DNA from: a virus
Lineage: Duplodnaviria; Caudoviricetes
DNA length: 64,000 bases
Reading direction: 5' to 3' (one strand)
IMG/VR virus record: IMGVR_UViG_2881966637_000002
Span: 1-64,000 of that record
Part shown: in pieces, positions 45,007 to 53,273 of the stretch
Layout: each line of letters begins with the position of its first letter
Position numbering within the stretch: position 1 is the stretch's first letter
Made by a program: the position numbers and the translations under genes
Notes under the pieces: generated by a model
The model's database searches: none
Told to the model about the DNA's origin: nothing
The model's input: the letters and a program-made list of their open reading frames with translations, nothing else

Positions 45007-48000
45007 TTATCTAAATACGGTTGAAAACGCGACCAGCACCACCTGCTTGTTCTCGGCATCGTTACCGATCTCAATTTCCACCGTCATATAGTCGTCCCGG
45101 AGTCGCTGTTTGGTGCCCGACCAGTCTACTTCGTGCATGGCGTAGCGCAGCGCATTCTGAAAGAACCGGAACCGCTCGTCATTCGCCGGAAACAGCGTAT
45201 GCACCTGCGCTGGTCCGCCGTCCGGCGTCCAGTGGGTGATCCGGGTGATTTTCCGCCAGCTATCGGCACTGATATTAATCTGGCCGGCGTCGAACGTTTT
45301 TTTCTGGTTGGGATAAGGATTGACAATGAACCTGACCACGGACGGGTAGAACGTGCCGAAGTACTGACCGAACGGCCCCCGGTCCATCGCCCATAACGTG
45401 TTAGGCTGGCTTCGGGCCGACGCCAGCAGCAGCCGGCCGCGATTGACAAACCGGCTATAATCGCCGTCCTTGATCTCGACAAACGAACTCATAGCCGTGC
45501 TGTACACAGCGGTGAACGTGGGTATGCCCGGTTTGTAAAACGAGAACAGGATTTCCTCGTTGTCGCGGTTGGTACCGGCCACGCACTGCCAGTTCCGCAA
45601 GCTGTCGATCCCGGCACCGGCCAGTTCATACGTCAGGCGTTTAAGCTGATCACTGAACAGCTCACTCGCACTCAGACTGTCGAGCCCTCCGGTATACCGC
45701 AGCAACGCCCCCATCCGGGCATCCCACGCCCCCACCTGCCCATTGCTGGACCAGACGGATTCGGGGTGCTGGGTACCGAACTCGGTGCTGATCGTGATCA
45801 TCCGGTTGAACACGGCTCCGGAATCCGTTTCGATCACGCCGGCATCGGTCGTCTGGTAGCTCAGCGGGTCGAGCGGCAATATACCGACGCCCCGTTCCTG
45901 CCAGCACAGGAGCCCCCGGCCCTGACCCCGTTGCAACTTGACAATCGCGCCCAAACTGCCATTGGCCTGGCCCGCGTCGCCCGGTAGCCGGCTGCGCCAG
46001 GCGTCAATAAACTGGCCGGGTTGTTTGGGTGGCGTCCAGCTAAAGCCGGCCGGGTCGTTGGTCACGGCCAGAAAGTCGCGGGGCATGACCGCGTAAGGAT
46101 TGACCCTGGTGTCCACGGTCAACGCTTTGTTGTAGTTCCAGTCCTCGGGCTGATCCGGATTAATCCCGTTTTGAAACTGCTCTCCTTCCTCCCGGCACGT
46201 GGTCCGTTCGGGCCGGAACGCGTTGCGGGCCAGCGTTCGGCCGGGTCGCAACGCGAGGTTGTATTTGGATTCAACCGGAACAACGTGTCCAATGCCGTAA
46301 TCGCTTTGCCGGCAGCTATCGGAATAAAAGGGGTAAATGCGGGCGAAATCAAACAGCGTGACGTACGCCGGTCCGCCCCAGACCTCAATGTCGTTAAACT
46401 CGAAAAATTGACCCGCAGCGGTTTCCACCGGTTTGGCCATACCGAGTAACGACTCGGTGATGGGCTGAAAGTGGCCGCAGGGGTAGTACGGTTCTATGGA
46501 CGACTGCGCATCGACCGGCTGGGTCGTGCGCTGGATGTAGTTGACGATCCGGAACGTGCCGGGGTTCTCTTGGGAGCCGGCGTCTATACTGGTCCAGTCC
46601 GCCGTTTTTACAATCACGGCGTTTCGCTGCAACAGCCCGTCGCCGTAGATATAGAGTCCGCCCGCGCCCGACCACTGCGGGTGGGTCTGGGTTTCGATCT
46701 TCAGGTTCAGGTTGTTTTTGTCCAGCTCTTTGTAGGTGGTGTTGAAGCCATCGCTGTGCAGTTTGGCCAGCGTCAGCCTCGTCTCACTGCCCAGGCGCGG
46801 CCGGCCGCGCGCGAGCAGCGTAGGGAGCCAGGATAGGTTCGTTGCGGTCCGGTACGACTTTGTATAACCGTGGGTGACGTGGGTTTTGTCAGGCAGGGCC
46901 CGGCTGTAGCCGTCCAGCGCAATTACGTTGCTGGAGTACGCCCGCGATACGATGCCGACGTGGTGGAGCACATCGCCCTCCTCCAGTTCTTTGAGTCCAC
47001 CTTCGATCAGCACATCCGGGCTGTGGTAGGTCAGGTAGTAGGGCTGGCTGCGGGTTTCGCGCCAGTCGCCTTCATTGGGTGTCGTGCAGGGCGTAGGCCA
47101 GGGGTAGCTGTGGCGGTTCTGCCCATCGAAATCGGTGGAGAACCAGTTCAGGTAAGGCAGGGGAAACGGCTTTTCCGACCGGCCCGAATCCAGCTTACAT
47201 TCGTCGGTGCGACAAACCGGAAACACGACGCCCTGGTGCAGCAGCCGGGGAACGCGCTGCCGCTTCACGATCATAAAGCCGCTCACGTTCAGTTTGCCCT
47301 CGCTGTCGTACAAATCGGCCACCGGTAGCCGGAGCCCGGAGATCAATACACCCATCGGCACCAGCTCATAAATACCGGCCGGGCTGAGTTTGGTCAGTGC
47401 GTAGTGGTCGGTTTCGCCAGCCGGCCCTTCGTCGTACAACTGGGGAAAGGTGAAGGCGGGTAGCGGGGTGACGAACATCGGCTGGCCCAGCCGGTCGAAC
47501 AGCAATACGCCGAACTCCTCGGTTTCGCCCCGGAAGTACGAGCCGTGCAGCCACTCCCAGACTTGGCCTTTGTCGTTGAGGTAGTCGTTGGTAACGGTGT
47601 AGGTTTCGGTCAGGCCGTTGAACGTTTTACGCACCACACTACCCAGCGTCACGGTTGACGAATTGGTCAGCGGGTTGCCATCGGGCTTGCCTGACGTCGG
47701 ATTGGCAACGGGCCGGAAGGTGGGCTCTTTGACCTCATCCAGCACACATCGTTTCAGGAAGGGCTGAAAGCGGACGGCCGACGCATTCATAGTAATCGGC
47801 GGGAGCCGCAGCAAGTCGCCCTCCACCAGCCGGTTGTTTTCCGGGGCCAGGGTACCAACGCGCAGCACCGTTTCGTGCCGCTGGTTCAGTTCGGCTACCG
47901 TGATTTCGTCTCCGCTGTTATCAACGATCTCCACCGTTATCGCCGTGCTGCCTGACAACGCCGGGGTGATGGTTATGGGTGGCAGGGTCCGGATTGAGGT

Positions 48001-48933
48001 GGGTAAGCCTTCCGTTTCGTAGTACAGAACGGCGACAACCACCCGCTCCCAGCGGACATCGACCCGGCTGAGCTCCCAGCGCAAACTTTCCTGGGTTACG
48101 ACGCCTGACGCGCCCATGACCCGGTTGTGGTGCGAGAGCCGAACGCCGGTCGTCGGGATCTGGCTGGGGAATCTGTCGAAGCCCAGCACGTCCAGCTTTT
48201 CGCTGGTGACAAACACGCGCCGGGTCACGGGCGTGAACGCGGACCGTACGCCGTCCCGCGACTCGTAGGCTATCGCGATTTGATACGTGCCGGATAGTAG
48301 CTTGCCAATACCCCGGCCCAGGAGCTTAATGGTAGGAAAAACGACGTCCGGCCGTTCCCGGAATCCGTGAGCCGACCAGGACGACGGGTACGGGGTGGTG
48401 GTCGGTGCATGGCGCAGGTTCAGCACATGCTTCGTGCCGCGCCGGTTCGTCCAGTACACGCGCTCTACCGACTCGTTCTCGTACGCAATTTCAATGTCAA
48501 AGGTGTCGGTCGTTCGCCAGCCCAGCCGCTCGGGAGCCGCGCTGCCCCGCTTGGACCAGGGCTGGTTCTTGGCGTGCGGATCATTGTCGTCACTGTACAG
48601 GACGCGAAAGGCACCCGTAACCACGGCTCCGTTCACCTCACTATCGTAGTCCCAGAAGCCGACGATACTGGTCGTGTTGTTGGTCAGGAATAGCACGTTG
48701 CCGCGCTGCGCTTCGGCGTCGCCAACGATGTGGTAGCCTTGCGTCAGGGTTAAGGTGAGTAGATTGCCGGGGCTGTTGGCCAGGGACAGGCTTTTCCCAT
48801 CGGACGTATCGCTGCGATTCCGGTTGTACAGAGTCCGTACGTTCCGGCCGTAGCGATACGTCCCTTGCTGTTGCAGGTGTGCATCCACATCCTGCTTCAT
48901 GCCGCCAGAAAAAACCTGTGTGTGCGTAGGCAT
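45007..48933 (-). CDS. Tail stabilisation / muzzle protein (crAss-like, P22 gp10-like role)
   Basis: 1308 aa. N-terminal FSGGMKQDVD....YRY.RNVR, RVYWTN, G.L.SGTYQ.A..Y, YFRGE...FGV.LFD..GQ, FGTQHPESV, C-terminal RLRD.Y. Confidence 0.8.
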   Translation of the reverse strand: MPTHTQVFSGGMKQDVDAHLQQQGTYRYGRNVRTLYNRNRSDTSDGKSLSLANSPGNLLTLTLTQGYHIVGDAEAQRGNVLFLTNNTTSIVGFWDYDSEVNGAVVTGAFRVLYSDDNDPHAKNQPWSKRGSAAPERLGWRTTDTFDIEIAYENESVERVYWTNRRGTKHVLNLRHAPTTTPYPSSWSAHGFRERPDVVFPTIKLLGRGIGKLLSGTYQIAIAYESRDGVRSAFTPVTRRVFVTSEKLDVLGFDRFPSQIPTTGVRLSHHNRVMGASGVVTQESLRWELSRVDVRWERVVVAVLYYETEGLPTSIRTLPPITITPALSGSTAITVEIVDNSGDEITVAELNQRHETVLRVGTLAPENNRLVEGDLLRLPPITMNASAVRFQPFLKRCVLDEVKEPTFRPVANPTSGKPDGNPLTNSSTVTLGSVVRKTFNGLTETYTVTNDYLNDKGQVWEWLHGSYFRGETEEFGVLLFDRLGQPMFVTPLPAFTFPQLYDEGPAGETDHYALTKLSPAGIYELVPMGVLISGLRLPVADLYDSEGKLNVSGFMIVKRQRVPRLLHQGVVFPVCRTDECKLDSGRSEKPFPLPYLNWFSTDFDGQNRHSYPWPTPCTTPNEGDWRETRSQPYYLTYHSPDVLIEGGLKELEEGDVLHHVGIVSRAYSSNVIALDGYSRALPDKTHVTHGYTKSYRTATNLSWLPTLLARGRPRLGSETRLTLAKLHSDGFNTTYKELDKNNLNLKIETQTHPQWSGAGGLYIYGDGLLQRNAVIVKTADWTSIDAGSQENPGTFRIVNYIQRTTQPVDAQSSIEPYYPCGHFQPITESLLGMAKPVETAAGQFFEFNDIEVWGGPAYVTLFDFARIYPFYSDSCRQSDYGIGHVVPVESKYNLALRPGRTLARNAFRPERTTCREEGEQFQNGINPDQPEDWNYNKALTVDTRVNPYAVMPRDFLAVTNDPAGFSWTPPKQPGQFIDAWRSRLPGDAGQANGSLGAIVKLQRGQGRGLLCWQERGVGILPLDPLSYQTTDAGVIETDSGAVFNRMITISTEFGTQHPESVWSSNGQVGAWDARMGALLRYTGGLDSLSASELFSDQLKRLTYELAGAGIDSLRNWQCVAGTNRDNEEILFSFYKPGIPTFTAVYSTAMSSFVEIKDGDYSRFVNRGRLLLASARSQPNTLWAMDRGPFGQYFGTFYPSVVRFIVNPYPNQKKTFDAGQINISADSWRKITRITHWTPDGGPAQVHTLFPANDERFRFFQNALRYAMHEVDWSGTKQRLRDDYMTVEIEIGNDAENKQVVLVAFSTVFR

Positions 48934-49427
48934 TAGACTCTTGATTCCTTGTAACCAACCACGTTTTCATCCAACCAAACCTCCACCTCTGGCCAGACCA
49001 GATCCGGATTGCCATTCGCCACTTTGTCCTCGACAAATTTGCGAATCAACGCCCCGATCTCGGTAAGTTGTGCCAATCGGTCACTCACAACCGGACGTAG
49101 TCCGGCAGGCCCATTGCTGCCGGGTGCTGGTCCCTGGTGCGCTTCGTCTGCCGAGTTTTGTTCGTCTGCCGGTGGATCGGTGATTGGTGGCGCAGTATCC
49201 GTACTTTCCGCAACAGCCGGCGTCTGTGGCTCGATACCCGTTTCCGTTGTTTCGGGAGCAGGCGGTGTCACGGCTTCGGGTGCGGTGTCCTGGGGCTTCG
49301 CAGACTCGGTAGCGGGCGACTTGCTTTGTTCCGGTACGCCGGCATCGGTTTTCTCGGGCGGGGTCTGGGTAGACGCATGGGCATTGTTTCGTTTAGCCAT
49401 TGGTTTTTTTGGTTTGTGGTTCAACAT
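48933..49427 (-). CDS. Low-complexity (P/A/T/E) hypothetical protein
   Basis: Disordered-looking N-terminal part and short helical C-terminus. Start may be 49400. Confidence 0.6.
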   Translation of the reverse strand: MLNHKPKKPMAKRNNAHASTQTPPEKTDAGVPEQSKSPATESAKPQDTAPEAVTPPAPETTETGIEPQTPAVAESTDTAPPITDPPADEQNSADEAHQGPAPGSNGPAGLRPVVSDRLAQLTEIGALIRKFVEDKVANGNPDLVWPEVEVWLDENVVGYKESRV

Positions 49428-49770
49428 TCTTTTCCCAGATCGCTACCCAGTCGGCTTTGATCTCTTTGCCGTTCAGGGTGCGGTACCGCTGGAAGCGGGT
49501 TTCGTACATCCGCCCGTCCGGCATCGCGATAGCGTATACATCAGGGATCACGGCCTGCACACGACTGGCTATTTGCTGAGCGGAGAGCGCACGGGCGTCA
49601 AAGGCAAAGGTTTGTTTCTGGCCGAAGCCTCTCTCACCATTGCCGCCCGGCCGGTCCACAATAATGATCGTGGTAAACGTGGGCGGTGGGTTATGGGCAA
49701 TGGAACGAACAACGAAGGGCGTAGCTAATAGTATGCCCATGCAGCGAATAAGGATTTGTTTGCGGTTCAC
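49393..49770 (-). CDS. Hypothetical protein with N-terminal hydrophobic segment
   Basis: 125-aa ORF fills the gap in the operon. Confidence 0.45.
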   Translation of the reverse strand: MNRKQILIRCMGILLATPFVVRSIAHNPPPTFTTIIIVDRPGGNGERGFGQKQTFAFDARALSAQQIASRVQAVIPDVYAIAMPDGRMYETRFQRYRTLNGKEIKADWVAIWEKNVEPQTKKTNG

Positions 49771-49787
49771 GGCGGTACTGTTTTGGG

Positions 49788-50405
49788 TTAGTAGAAAAAA
49801 CGGTCGTTGGTCTGGTTACGAATAAAGCCGCTGGCCTGCCGTTCGGTACGGCGGGTCGCGGCTGTTTCGCGGTTGAGCTCGGCCCTGGTCTGGGCAATTA
49901 GTGTATCGGCGTTTTGCTGCACCCGGTAGCGGTCGTTGTAGCGGGGGTGAAGCGGGTGGCTTTCCAACAGTTTGCCTAACACAAACTCGTAGCAGGCGGC
50001 ATAAGCCTCCCTATGGATCAGGGCTTGCCCCCGTTCATCCTTCAGCAAGCCAATGTAGCGAACGTAAAGGTCGCCGGCCGGGTAGTTGGGTAGTTGCAGC
50101 CCTACCGGCGTCCGTTTGAAAGCGAGTAACGCTTTGGGGTACATTTCGGTCGTGACTTCGTAGCCGGCCCATTGCTGCCCGTCCAGGCTCAAATCCTCGA
50201 CCTTCAGCACGTAGCTGGGGGTGGTAAGCGTGTGTTGCGCCACGGGCATTTTTTCCGTGAACTCACTCGCGATCAGGTCATAGCCAATGTTTCGGAACAC
50301 GGTGCGCATATGATCGTTGACCCGAAAGCGGAAGCGTTCGATGTTGGGGAAGTTGAACTCCTCCGTCAGATCAGACAGCAAATCATCCAGTACCCGCGTT
50401 TCCAT
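49788..50405 (-). CDS. Probable tail ring protein
   Basis: 205 aa with G.LYVRY.GL..DERG..LI motif, like crAss-like ring/tubular proteins next to the muzzle gene. Confidence 0.6.
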   Translation of the reverse strand: METRVLDDLLSDLTEEFNFPNIERFRFRVNDHMRTVFRNIGYDLIASEFTEKMPVAQHTLTTPSYVLKVEDLSLDGQQWAGYEVTTEMYPKALLAFKRTPVGLQLPNYPAGDLYVRYIGLLKDERGQALIHREAYAACYEFVLGKLLESHPLHPRYNDRYRVQQNADTLIAQTRAELNRETAATRRTERQASGFIRNQTNDRFFY

Positions 50406-50422
50406 GTTTTTAATATTCTATT

Positions 50423-51001
50423 TTAGATTTCCCAAGACACGATTATGCTACCGGTCTGCCCAGGGTTATAGTTCGGCTGAAACTCGGAAACCTTGTAGCG
50501 TTCTTTGCGTAAACGAGCTAACAGTTCAGTAGAAAATCCGTGCCTGGAGTCAAACTTTTTAATCAAGCAACCTTGTTTAGCCGCCTGTTGAATGCCGGCG
50601 AAAACTTCAGCAAATTCTTGATCGTCCTTTTCTTTCGCTACCCGAGCCCTTAATGCTATAGTTTTTGCCTGTTCGGCCGACAACACTATAGTACCATATC
50701 CTTTCTCGTTCTTCTCAATAAACGGACTTTCAATGGTTGACGAAGGCTCTATCGGAGTAAAAATTACGCCCGCATCTGCGTTTTTTTCCTTAGCACTATC
50801 TGCCGCGAAACAGGCAGCAATTTTACCCAATGCTCCCGTAACCAAGTTGGCATCTTCCCGACTGTCAAGCACAACATATAGCTCAACAGATTTCGCATTG
50901 TCCGGAAGTGGAACATTCTCAATACGATGCACCTGGTCGCTTGTAATATCTGAATACAGCCAGCCGTCGTGGCAGAATGATCTTATTTTTAGCTTACTCA
51001 T
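50423..51001 (-). CDS. Hypothetical protein
   Basis: 192-aa AT-richer ORF inserted between ring-like genes. Confidence 0.6.
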   Translation of the reverse strand: MSKLKIRSFCHDGWLYSDITSDQVHRIENVPLPDNAKSVELYVVLDSREDANLVTGALGKIAACFAADSAKEKNADAGVIFTPIEPSSTIESPFIEKNEKGYGTIVLSAEQAKTIALRARVAKEKDDQEFAEVFAGIQQAAKQGCLIKKFDSRHGFSTELLARLRKERYKVSEFQPNYNPGQTGSIIVSWEI

Positions 51002-51012
51002 CTTTAGTTGGG

Positions 51013-51690
51013 TTATGGTTGGTTTATGGGCGTTTCAGTGCCCTCATTCTTTTTGTCGGCTCGTTGCCAGGTCGCGACGTTACCACCGCGCAGGCGCATT
51101 TCGGCCCGTTCCTTGATCACGGCCCGGTTGTTCTCCCACTGCCACGGTCCTTCCCAGTACGCCGGATCATTGCGATCCAGCCCTTCCCACGGGTTTTCCA
51201 TCGCCCCGGTAACGCTCAGCTCATCGACCGCCACCAGTTGCGTCGTGGTATACACGAATAAGCTGTTGCCCTCCACGCAATAAGTCGAGACGTTGTTGCG
51301 CCTGGACACAACGGGTAGCTGCCACCGCTGAGCGACCGGCACCAGCGAGGCTCCGCAGCACGACACATTGGTGATGTAGGGCGTGCCGTTCCACGATAAG
51401 AAGGTGGGGATCGGTGCAGAGCGAACATTGGTGTCGCAACTCGCGCACTCGTCTCCGGACAGGGTGACGGTACGGGTCGTTATACGCCACGGCGCGATCT
51501 GCTGACCCAGTTGCAGCGTCCGGGCATCGTCTTTCACCCGTAACGCTGTCTGTTGCGCGATCAGCTCGGGTTCGATCTGATAAATCGTGATATTGCTATC
51601 ATCGACCGGACCACTGCCGTACAGCGCATTCAGCACCTCGTAGGCGCAGGCCCGCAGACTGTCCGGGTGTATAACGACCTCGTTTTCCAT
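51013..51690 (-). CDS. Probable tail ring / connector protein
   Basis: 225 aa with DDSNI...I and V.G.MENP motifs, typical of crAss-like ring proteins. Confidence 0.6.
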   Translation of the reverse strand: MENEVVIHPDSLRACAYEVLNALYGSGPVDDSNITIYQIEPELIAQQTALRVKDDARTLQLGQQIAPWRITTRTVTLSGDECASCDTNVRSAPIPTFLSWNGTPYITNVSCCGASLVPVAQRWQLPVVSRRNNVSTYCVEGNSLFVYTTTQLVAVDELSVTGAMENPWEGLDRNDPAYWEGPWQWENNRAVIKERAEMRLRGGNVATWQRADKKNEGTETPINQP

Positions 51691-51691
51691 C

Positions 51692-52150
51692 TTACTTCGC
51701 GTTGTGCTCTATTAAGCCCTTTATAGCCGACTGGTATAGCTTGCCAAGAAGCTCTGCGTATTCCTTCTCCATAAAGGCATCATAGTTAGTCTTTCCGCTA
51801 TGCCTTTTTTTGCTAATGAGAATCTGTCGCTGTTCGCCCCCTACGGTGAATGTCTGACCATTTACATAATCAGCCATGTTGATCAATCCAGGCGAAACAA
51901 ATTCTTCATCGGCTTTCGCGTTACCCACAAAGCAGTTTTCTGGCCGAATCAGGTTTTCTCTCGCCAGAAGGCAACTCGTAGCGTACTGTTCAGACGACAA
52001 GTCCAGTTGCCGATGGTGATTTATATATTGCCGGGCTTTGGACAACTGACCCACACCGTTGATTTGTTGCGATCCCCAGTCCTGAAACGGATTGGGCTCA
52101 CCGGATCTGACCGGGAACGCATACGTTTCCCATTGGCTTTTGCCCGACAT
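51692..52150 (-). CDS. Hypothetical protein
   Basis: 152-aa ORF abutting the downstream gene. Confidence 0.55.
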   Translation of the reverse strand: MSGKSQWETYAFPVRSGEPNPFQDWGSQQINGVGQLSKARQYINHHRQLDLSSEQYATSCLLARENLIRPENCFVGNAKADEEFVSPGLINMADYVNGQTFTVGGEQRQILISKKRHSGKTNYDAFMEKEYAELLGKLYQSAIKGLIEHNAK

Positions 52151-52218
52151 TCGGGCCTTTGCATAAATTGTTGTTATGCCTTGATTCGCGGCAACGTCCT
52201 TGTCGAACGTTGCCGCAC

Positions 52219-52425
52219 TTAAAAAGGTCGGATAACGACCTCGACCTGTTCCAGCTTGTCCAGATACTTCTCAGGGATTTCCCGGCTGGCGAGCGTCTTG
52301 GCATGATCCTCGTTAGTGGCCAGCACGTTTTTAGGATCAAGGATAATTTCGGTCTGCTTCCCGGCCTCTACATCTTTGGCACTGGGGTGAAACAAAATGG
52401 CAATTTGAAACAGTCGTTTTTTCAT
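52219..52425 (-). CDS. Small conserved-type phage protein
   Basis: 68 aa, LFQ.AIL.HP...VLA....A...A.REIP...V.V.IRPF. Confidence 0.7.
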   Translation of the reverse strand: MKKRLFQIAILFHPSAKDVEAGKQTEIILDPKNVLATNEDHAKTLASREIPEKYLDKLEQVEVVIRPF

Positions 52426-52438
52426 CTGTATTTGGGTT

Positions 52439-52996
52439 TTATAAAATTGCGTTCCAGAGTTGGTCCAGGGTAATCGTGCCGCCCTCCGCGATCATTTTCT
52501 GCAACCGGGCTTCGGCCTCCGATAGCTCTTTGGCCGTTTCGTTGATCAAGCCGCGCAGGTTCTTAGCGGCCGTAACCTGCTTGGGAAAGTCAGCGTGATC
52601 AGCCTTTTTCCACACCATCGAATCTTCCTGTTTCTGATACTGCGCCAGTTTGCGCTTTAAAAACGCGACGTTCGTAACGTCCGGAATGGACGGCAATTCC
52701 AGCAGCGCATTGGTCAGCTTCACAAAAGCATCGTCCTTGTACAAGCCGGTGGGGTACAGCGTCCGGCCCATGTTGTTGACATGGCCCTGGTTCATGGCGG
52801 TCATGTGCTCAATGACCTCTTTTTCCCGCAGCTCCAGGTCGCTTTGCTTGCTGTGCAGGGAGATCGGGTGAGCGAACCAGCACGCGTAATGCAGGGCCGC
52901 GTCGCCCCACAAGTTGACCAACGGCTTTATGTCCGGGTGATCCAGTACCGTGATCGGCCAGCCAAACCCTTTGTCCGGTGTATAGAAAACAAGCAT
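52439..52996 (-). CDS. Hypothetical protein, candidate terminase small subunit
   Basis: 185 aa helical with C-terminal coiled coil, near the portal. The TerS call is inference only. Confidence 0.4.
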   Translation of the reverse strand: MLVFYTPDKGFGWPITVLDHPDIKPLVNLWGDAALHYACWFAHPISLHSKQSDLELREKEVIEHMTAMNQGHVNNMGRTLYPTGLYKDDAFVKLTNALLELPSIPDVTNVAFLKRKLAQYQKQEDSMVWKKADHADFPKQVTAAKNLRGLINETAKELSEAEARLQKMIAEGGTITLDQLWNAIL

Positions 52997-52999
52997 TAT

Positions 53000-53272
53000 C
53001 TATTTTTTCTGGTTGTTCCAGTACGCGAGCCGGCGCGTTCTGCATTCGGTATGCACATTCTCCCAGAACGTAGCCGGATCAACCGAACCCGTTTTAAGCT
53101 GCTCGATCAATTCGGCCAGCACCGTTTGCACAATCACCTCGGTATGACTGTGCCGGTACGGCATAACGGGCGGTACCAGTAACCGTTCCAATTCACGGAT
53201 CTGGGCCGGGGCATTTGCCGGGGTGGGTGTATTGACAAGTCCCATGAATAGTTTTACTAAGGTTTTTACCAT
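53000..53272 (-). CDS. Small hypothetical protein
   Basis: Probable ATG at 53272 (MVKTLV), right after the portal stop. Confidence 0.5.
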   Translation of the reverse strand: MVKTLVKLFMGLVNTPTPANAPAQIRELERLLVPPVMPYRHSHTEVIVQTVLAELIEQLKTGSVDPATFWENVHTECRTRRLAYWNNQKK

Positions 53273-53273
53273 A